NCBI RefSeq assembly: GCF_000237865.1
Contig: NC_017459.1
Location: forward strand, 2,220,001-2,252,000
Direction of reading: 5' to 3'
Origin: Haloquadratum walsbyi C23
GTDB taxonomy: Archaea > Halobacteriota > Halobacteria > Halobacteriales > Haloferacaceae
Length of the DNA: 32,000 bases
The position numbers and the translations under genes are program-made. Shown piece by piece: positions 27,417 to 32,000 of this stretch. Under the pieces are notes generated by a model, which was not told the DNA's origin, ran no database searches, and worked only from the letters and a program-made list of their open reading frames with translations. Numbering within the stretch: position 1 is the first letter of the stretch; the number at the start of each line of letters is the position of its first letter.

Positions 27417-27510
27417 CAACTGTTCTCTCAGAAGGTAGCAGGCGCGATTCTATGACGTTCATTCACCTCTCCGCCAAAATGTATGGACAGAAGGTTGGCT
27501 TCAGCACTCA
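27417..27510. repeat. Duplicated junction module A2 (pairs with B2 at 31708-31803)
   Basis: CAACTGTYCTCT...GTAGCAG...CGATTCTNTGACGTTCNTTCAC...AAATGTATGGANAGAAGGYTGGCYTCRGCACTCA is about 80% identical to B2 by eye. Confidence 0.7.
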
Positions 27511-27533
27511 CGACTCACAATCTATCCATAGTA

Positions 27534-28818
27534 CTCGACTCTGCACGTTTATAAACTACCCTCAGAATGGAGAAAGAGGTGGTCAATGTCTTCCATCAGT
27601 CCATCGAGATCGCGGTCTGGTTGATCGCGCACCCAGGAAAACATGTTGTAGATCGTCTCCTTGAGACCGTGTTCGAGTTGTGATCGGAGCGACGAGGCTT
27701 TCGAGACAAGTCGCTCCGAGGCGCTCGATTCCGGACCAAGCCGAAGAAGGCTGTAGGCCAGCATCTGAAGGTGCCAGTGACGACTGGCACCGTCAGAATC
27801 ACGAACCTCGCAGTCTCCTAAGCCAAGATCCTCTTTCGAGTCCTCGAAGAATGTCTCTACTCGCCATCTGTACGAATAGCTCCGAATAATGTGTGCCGAA
27901 GGCGCGTCAATCTTGCTCGTCGCAAGATACTTTACTGGATTCTCTTTGTCCTCATCGGTAACCTTCTCTGTGATTACCAGCCGAACTTCACCTAATTTCG
28001 AGACAGGGACTGTCTTAGTCCAAATTTTGTACGTTTCACCGTCAACTTCTCGCTCTTCCTTGTCGATGCACTCTTCGAGCGCATCGACGCGTCTCTCTTT
28101 GTTCGCGTAGGTCACCTGTCGGTTGCCCCGTAGTGGTCCAATCCAGTCCTTGCCGTGTGATTCGACGTGTTCGATCAGACCGGAGTCATGAGCAAACCAT
28201 GCATCGAAGAGGTAGGTGCCCGCAGGCACACCTACCTCTTCTTCTAATTCCGTGATTATCTCTCGTGCGAGGTCGTATTTTGTCTCCTGTTCGTCTTCCT
28301 CGTCCTCGTCGTCGACCTTCTCGTACTGGCGAAAAGCAAGTGGATAGGACGTTTTATCATCGGTATAGAACGCGTAGACGAGGTTCTGTCCCCAAACAGG
28401 CTCACCCTCAGAGTGATCGTAGAACTCTCCAGCACCGGGAAGGGACTTCCCGGTTCGCTGGATGACTGAATCGTCAATAACGATATAGCCGTTTTGTGAC
28501 CAGCGTGTCTCTCCGTGTTTTTGCAGTTCCTCTAACCGCTCGTGATTGAGCTGATCCTCATCCCAATCGTATTCGGTGATGAACTTGTTGAGTGCTCGGT
28601 CACTTCCGGCAGGAAGGACCTCTCGTGCAATTCCGGTTACAGTCTTGCTGCGGCCCGCAGCAAGACCTGTCACGTACGTTTTGGCGTGAGTCGTTTGATG
28701 ATATGATAGCGAGTCGAATTCATCCAGCACGTCGGTGCACGAGAGGAAATCCGTAATCGGCAGCATCAAGTTTCAATGCTGCCTACATCACGCCCCTATT
28801 TAAACGTGCAGAGCCGAG
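27534..28818 (-). mobile_element. IS701-like insertion sequence (1285 bp) with 22-bp imperfect terminal IRs and a 7-bp target-site duplication
   Basis: The left end is CTCGACTCTGCACGTTTATAAA (27534-27555). The right end is TATTTAAACGTGCAGAGCCGAG (28797-28818). They match at 19 of 22 positions as inverted repeats. CATAGTA flanks both ends (27527-27533 and 28819-28825). Confidence 0.85.
27549..28766 (-). CDS. IS701-like (IS4-superfamily) DDE transposase
   Basis: The N-terminal region, TYVTGLAAGRSKTVTGIAREV...ALNKFITEYDWDEDQLN, is typical of IS701-type enzymes. Other motifs are YIVIDDSVIQRTGKS, YLFDAWFAHDSGL and the Y-(2)-R-(3)-E-(6)-K signature in YSYRWRVETFFEDSK. I chose the ATG at 28764-28766; the ORF track starts one codon earlier at a TTG. 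Confidence 0.88.
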   Translation of the reverse strand: MLPITDFLSCTDVLDEFDSLSYHQTTHAKTYVTGLAAGRSKTVTGIAREVLPAGSDRALNKFITEYDWDEDQLNHERLEELQKHGETRWSQNGYIVIDDSVIQRTGKSLPGAGEFYDHSEGEPVWGQNLVYAFYTDDKTSYPLAFRQYEKVDDEDEEDEQETKYDLAREIITELEEEVGVPAGTYLFDAWFAHDSGLIEHVESHGKDWIGPLRGNRQVTYANKERRVDALEECIDKEEREVDGETYKIWTKTVPVSKLGEVRLVITEKVTDEDKENPVKYLATSKIDAPSAHIIRSYSYRWRVETFFEDSKEDLGLGDCEVRDSDGASRHWHLQMLAYSLLRLGPESSASERLVSKASSLRSQLEHGLKETIYNMFSWVRDQPDRDLDGLMEDIDHLFLHSEGSL

Positions 28819-28875
28819 CATAGTAAATGTGTTTAGCGAATCTATAGAGCTCGTTCGTTCCGTAATCTATAGAAT

Positions 28876-29253
28876 CTAGTCGGTCGGTTCTTCCTCTAAC
28901 TGTTCTCTCGTCTCCTCCACAAAATGTTCGAGTATCTCTTCGAGGTAATCTTCTCGCCCTCCGTAATTATCGGCACCTGCCAGCCTGGCCACATACCCTC
29001 TACTGGGCGGGTCAGTCGAATACAATCGTGATTCGACTATTGGAATATCAACGCCAGCATCGTCCAAATCAGATTCGACCTGTGACCGGACCTTGTCGGT
29101 TGCTTCCGGGGTGAGGATTATTCTCTCGGTAAGTTCATTCGTGACTTTGAGCAGGCAGTAAGCACCCAGGCATAAGAAACCAAAGAAACCAAAGAATCCA
29201 TCAGACCCAAGCAGTACTCTGTCATCGTCGAATGACTGAATTTGTTGTGGCAA
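28876..29253 (-). CDS. Hypothetical protein with one N-proximal hydrophobic helix and an acidic C-terminus (125 aa)
   Basis: It contains GFFGFFGFLCLGAYCLL followed by an acidic soluble part. The start is TTG only. It is divergent from the CapA-like gene. Confidence 0.45.
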   Translation of the reverse strand: MPQQIQSFDDDRVLLGSDGFFGFFGFLCLGAYCLLKVTNELTERIILTPEATDKVRSQVESDLDDAGVDIPIVESRLYSTDPPSRGYVARLAGADNYGGREDYLEEILEHFVEETREQLEEEPTD

Positions 29254-29363
29254 TCACAATAGTGTGCTGAAACCTCTGTATTCAGCAAGCCGTTTGTGTC
29301 AACTGCAAAGTATTTCAACAAAGCCAATCCGTTTTTTATATCAAGGAGTCTTTCATCAGATCG

Positions 29364-31523
29364 ATGAATAACTGGTCCCGCCGTGAATTCGTTCGGATTG
29401 CAACGGTCGGAGCAGGAGCGGGAATTGCCGGGTGTAACGCTCTTTCGCCGTCCGGGTCGATCAAAACCGATTCGGAGACGGGACGGACCAGTCAAAAGCC
29501 CGCACGTAGCTCCGAGCCCATATCGGGGCGAGTTCTCGATATAGAGGGTGGGGAGATCACCGATGCGAAGCTGAAAGCGATCGTCCCTGGGAGAGGATCC
29601 GTAGCCGAGACAACCACTGATGAGCAAGGTCAATTTGAAGTAGTGGAGGTCGACGAATCTATATGGCTTCGCGCAACGAAAACGGATTTTATCGGACGGA
29701 CTGTCGCTGTGGCTCCGGGAACAAGTCCTCGTATCAGACTCTCACCTCGTGAGGGAACAGTCGCGCTCAGTTTCGGCGGCGACGTAATGTTTGGTCGTCG
29801 GTTCTACGAGGACGACCACCCTCTCGAACCGCACTTCCAGATTCGACCTGATGACCGGATGGAATCACACCAGACGATACTACAGTACATCTCCCCCCTG
29901 TTACAGGACGCCGATCTCACGTCAGTGAATCTCGAAACACCGCTGACGACGACGGCATGGAGACACCCCTCCAAACGGTACCACTTCGTATCGCACCCGG
30001 ACGCCGCACCCGCGATGGCCGATGCCGGGGTCGACTACGTCGCACTGGGGAACAACCACACGCTGGACGCATTGACACCGGGATTGGATGAGACCTTACA
30101 GGCACTTTCTGCGGCCGGGATCGAACAGTCTGGTGCTGGCAAGTCCAGCACAGAAGCGTGGGAACCGACGTACTTCGAACGGCGGGGACTTACCATCGGC
30201 TTGGTCTCCTGTACTACCGTTACGGGCGACCAGTACAATATCGACTGGTCAGCCGACGACAACCAGTCCGAGACATACTCAGTATCGGGAGACAACGTGA
30301 CCGGGATACCCGACACTGAGCAACTGACGTTCTCCGGGAGTGTCGGGGTCGCAGCGGCGACTCGCGACCGAATATCTCGGACGGTATCGGAGGTCGATGC
30401 GAACGCGGACGTAACCGTCGTCCAGATTCACGGCGGCTCCGAGTATCAACAGGAACCGACCGACAAAATCAGACGCCTGACCGAAACGGCAAAGACAGCG
30501 GGTGCAGACGTTGTCGTCAATCACCATCCACACGTAACCGGTGGAGTGGAACTGCAGGATGAGACACTGGTCGCGTGGACGCTTGGAAACCTCGTGTTCG
30601 ACCAAGAGTTCTGGTCGACGTTTCCGTCGTATCTCTTGACGGTCCACGTCACTGCTGATGGAATTCCCAGAGCGTACGTTGACCCGCTATTAATTGAAGG
30701 ATACGTTCCGAAAGGGGTGGTCGACAAACCGAGGACGTGGCAACTCCGAGAAACTGCCGCGTTGTCGTCGGATGAGTTCTCACTTGACCACGACAGGCTG
30801 GAATACATCGCAAAAGACGAGACACCGGCCCGGACAGCAACCCGAACGCTGGACGGAAATGGGACGATTTACACGCGGAACTCGGGATGGGTCAACCGAG
30901 TCATAGACGGGGCGGAGTCTGTCGAACTGGGCCGTGACCTGCTTCCGACTGGAACGTTCGACGACCCTGATATCGACGACGATCGGCACGAAGGTCCGTT
31001 GTGGCGGTTCAGTCGTGGAGCGGACTCCAACGGTCCGGAGTTCGGATACGACGGGAGTGGCGGGATTCAACTCTCTCGAACCGCGGATAACACCGAACGG
31101 TCGGTTTTGACGACGACCGAGCGTGTACCAATGGTCGGACCGACGACCCTTCTCGGCCAGTACCGCCACGAGACGGACACCCGACTGGAACTGCTCGTGC
31201 GATGGTACGAGTCGACCAGTGGTTCGGCACTCGATTCAATGTTGATCGACCTCGACCGAACGACTGGCTGGGAAAGTCTCGAACGGTCGCTGTCGACACC
31301 CGAGGAAGCTACCCACGTCCGCTTTTATTTCCGGCTCTATCCTCCCGATGACGGAGAGAAACGCGTCGCCAATTTTGACAACATTCACTTGGTCGAATGG
31401 ACCGAGTCAGCAACCAGCAGCGACAAAGACTGCGATTTCCTCCGTGTGCATGAGTCCTCGACCATCGAGTTTACATCGAGTAGCCAATCTGACGAGGCTA
31501 TCTCGTGGGAAGCTCTCGATTAA
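29364..31523 (+). CDS. Secreted Tat-lipoprotein with a CapA/PGA_cap metallophosphatase-type domain (poly-gamma-glutamate capsule synthesis family), an N-terminal CarboxypepD_reg-like domain and a C-terminal jelly-roll/CBM-like region
   Basis: The Tat signal and lipobox are MNNWSRREFVRIATVGAGAGIAGC. The PGA_cap blocks are SFGGDVMFGRRF, VNLETPLT, YVALGNNHTLD, VQIHGGSEY, VVVNHHPHV and GNLVFDQ. It is visibly GC-richer than its surroundings. Confidence 0.82.
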   Translation: MNNWSRREFVRIATVGAGAGIAGCNALSPSGSIKTDSETGRTSQKPARSSEPISGRVLDIEGGEITDAKLKAIVPGRGSVAETTTDEQGQFEVVEVDESIWLRATKTDFIGRTVAVAPGTSPRIRLSPREGTVALSFGGDVMFGRRFYEDDHPLEPHFQIRPDDRMESHQTILQYISPLLQDADLTSVNLETPLTTTAWRHPSKRYHFVSHPDAAPAMADAGVDYVALGNNHTLDALTPGLDETLQALSAAGIEQSGAGKSSTEAWEPTYFERRGLTIGLVSCTTVTGDQYNIDWSADDNQSETYSVSGDNVTGIPDTEQLTFSGSVGVAAATRDRISRTVSEVDANADVTVVQIHGGSEYQQEPTDKIRRLTETAKTAGADVVVNHHPHVTGGVELQDETLVAWTLGNLVFDQEFWSTFPSYLLTVHVTADGIPRAYVDPLLIEGYVPKGVVDKPRTWQLRETAALSSDEFSLDHDRLEYIAKDETPARTATRTLDGNGTIYTRNSGWVNRVIDGAESVELGRDLLPTGTFDDPDIDDDRHEGPLWRFSRGADSNGPEFGYDGSGGIQLSRTADNTERSVLTTTERVPMVGPTTLLGQYRHETDTRLELLVRWYESTSGSALDSMLIDLDRTTGWESLERSLSTPEEATHVRFYFRLYPPDDGEKRVANFDNIHLVEWTESATSSDKDCDFLRVHESSTIEFTSSSQSDEAISWEALD

Positions 31524-31645
31524 TCTATCTCAGCACGGAACAAGAGTGATATTGACGAACGTGGGCAAAAAATCGGTCAGGCGGTGTTTGACCTCTACGA
31601 CCTCGAGGATGAAAACGTACAGGAACACGTAAACAGGTACAACGC

Positions 31646-31699
31646 TCAGCACGATTCCGTTCGGCTGCTAGACCCGCTGGAGTGACCTCTGTTTAATTA
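31646..31699. repeat. Duplicated junction module B1
   Basis: See A1. It is preceded by an open frame, SDIDERGQKIGQAVFDLYDLEDENVQEHVNRYNAQHDSVRLLDPLE*. Confidence 0.7.
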
Positions 31700-31707
31700 C
31701 TAATTTT

Positions 31708-31803
31708 CAACTGTCCTCTATTAGAGTGTAGCAGATACGATTCTCTGACGTTCGTTCACTTCTTTCCCGAAATGTATGGATAGAAGGCTGGCCTCGGCAC
31801 TCA
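31708..31803. repeat. Duplicated junction module B2
   Basis: See A2. It lies only 8 nt after B1, whereas A1 and A2 are 165 nt apart. Confidence 0.7.
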
Positions 31804-32000
31804 TAGGGTTCATCATTGATGGATGCCACTCCAACTCAGAACGGTATCATCGTCATCAGCCAATTATATCATTCATCACCAATCAAAAGAACATTGTGCC
31901 AACAGAATCCCGGGTGTGGTTGTATTCGATAACTGCACGTTCTGCAGACAGTCACTCAAAACGATATATGTCTAAATAACCTGAGCGAATGCAAGCGTCC

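Noticed and set aside
29118-29633. A 171-aa minus-strand ORF spanning the divergent intergenic region and the CapA-like gene start. The ORF at 31348-31632 falls in the same category.
   Set aside because: These ORFs overlap well-supported genes or intergenic DNA out of frame and have basic, Ser/Arg-rich compositions. They have no supporting signals.
31906-31913. AATCCCGG matching part of the tRNA-Gly T-arm/3' end, as a candidate distal att site of a tRNA-linked island.
   Set aside because: Only 8 nt match, which is expected by chance in 32 kb.

Overview
This is a haloarchaeal chromosome segment. The proteins are strongly acidic and overall GC is low with GC-rich islands, so my best guess is a Haloquadratum-like genome; that guess comes from composition only.

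Layout:
(1) 306-5773 is about 5.4 kb of decayed mobile DNA. It is bounded by a perfect 17-bp direct repeat that is the 3' end of secY. It holds two broken tyrosine-recombinase genes, a TumE-like/HTH toxin-antitoxin-like pair, iteron-like repeats and small acidic ORFs that share a repeated promoter motif.
(2) 5757-21133, all on the minus strand, is the complete archaeal ribosomal-protein supercluster: SPOUT-type ORF, L3, L4, L23, L2, S19, L22, S3, L29, RNase P Rpp29, S17, L14, L24, S4e, L5, S14, S8, L6, L32e, L19e, L18, S5, L30, L15, SecY. Unusual details are (GCATCT)n repeats encoding (Asp-Ala)n inside L6 and L32e, and a greatly expanded Rpp29.
(3) tRNA-Gly(GCC) lies at 21400-21470 on the plus strand.
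(4) 21.5-32 kb is accessory DNA. It contains an IS4-type IS and an IS701-like IS, both with target-site duplications. It also contains a Zn-ribbon protein, a tandem pair of stand-alone DisA_N/DAC-fold proteins with a degenerate RHR motif, an FMN-dependent alpha-hydroxy-acid oxidase, a small membrane protein and a GC-rich Tat-lipoprotein of the CapA type. A duplicated junction module brackets 27.2-31.8 kb.

I saw no rRNA and no CRISPR array. ORF-track coordinates include the stop codon. Several starts are GTG/TTG and are uncertain by a few codons.
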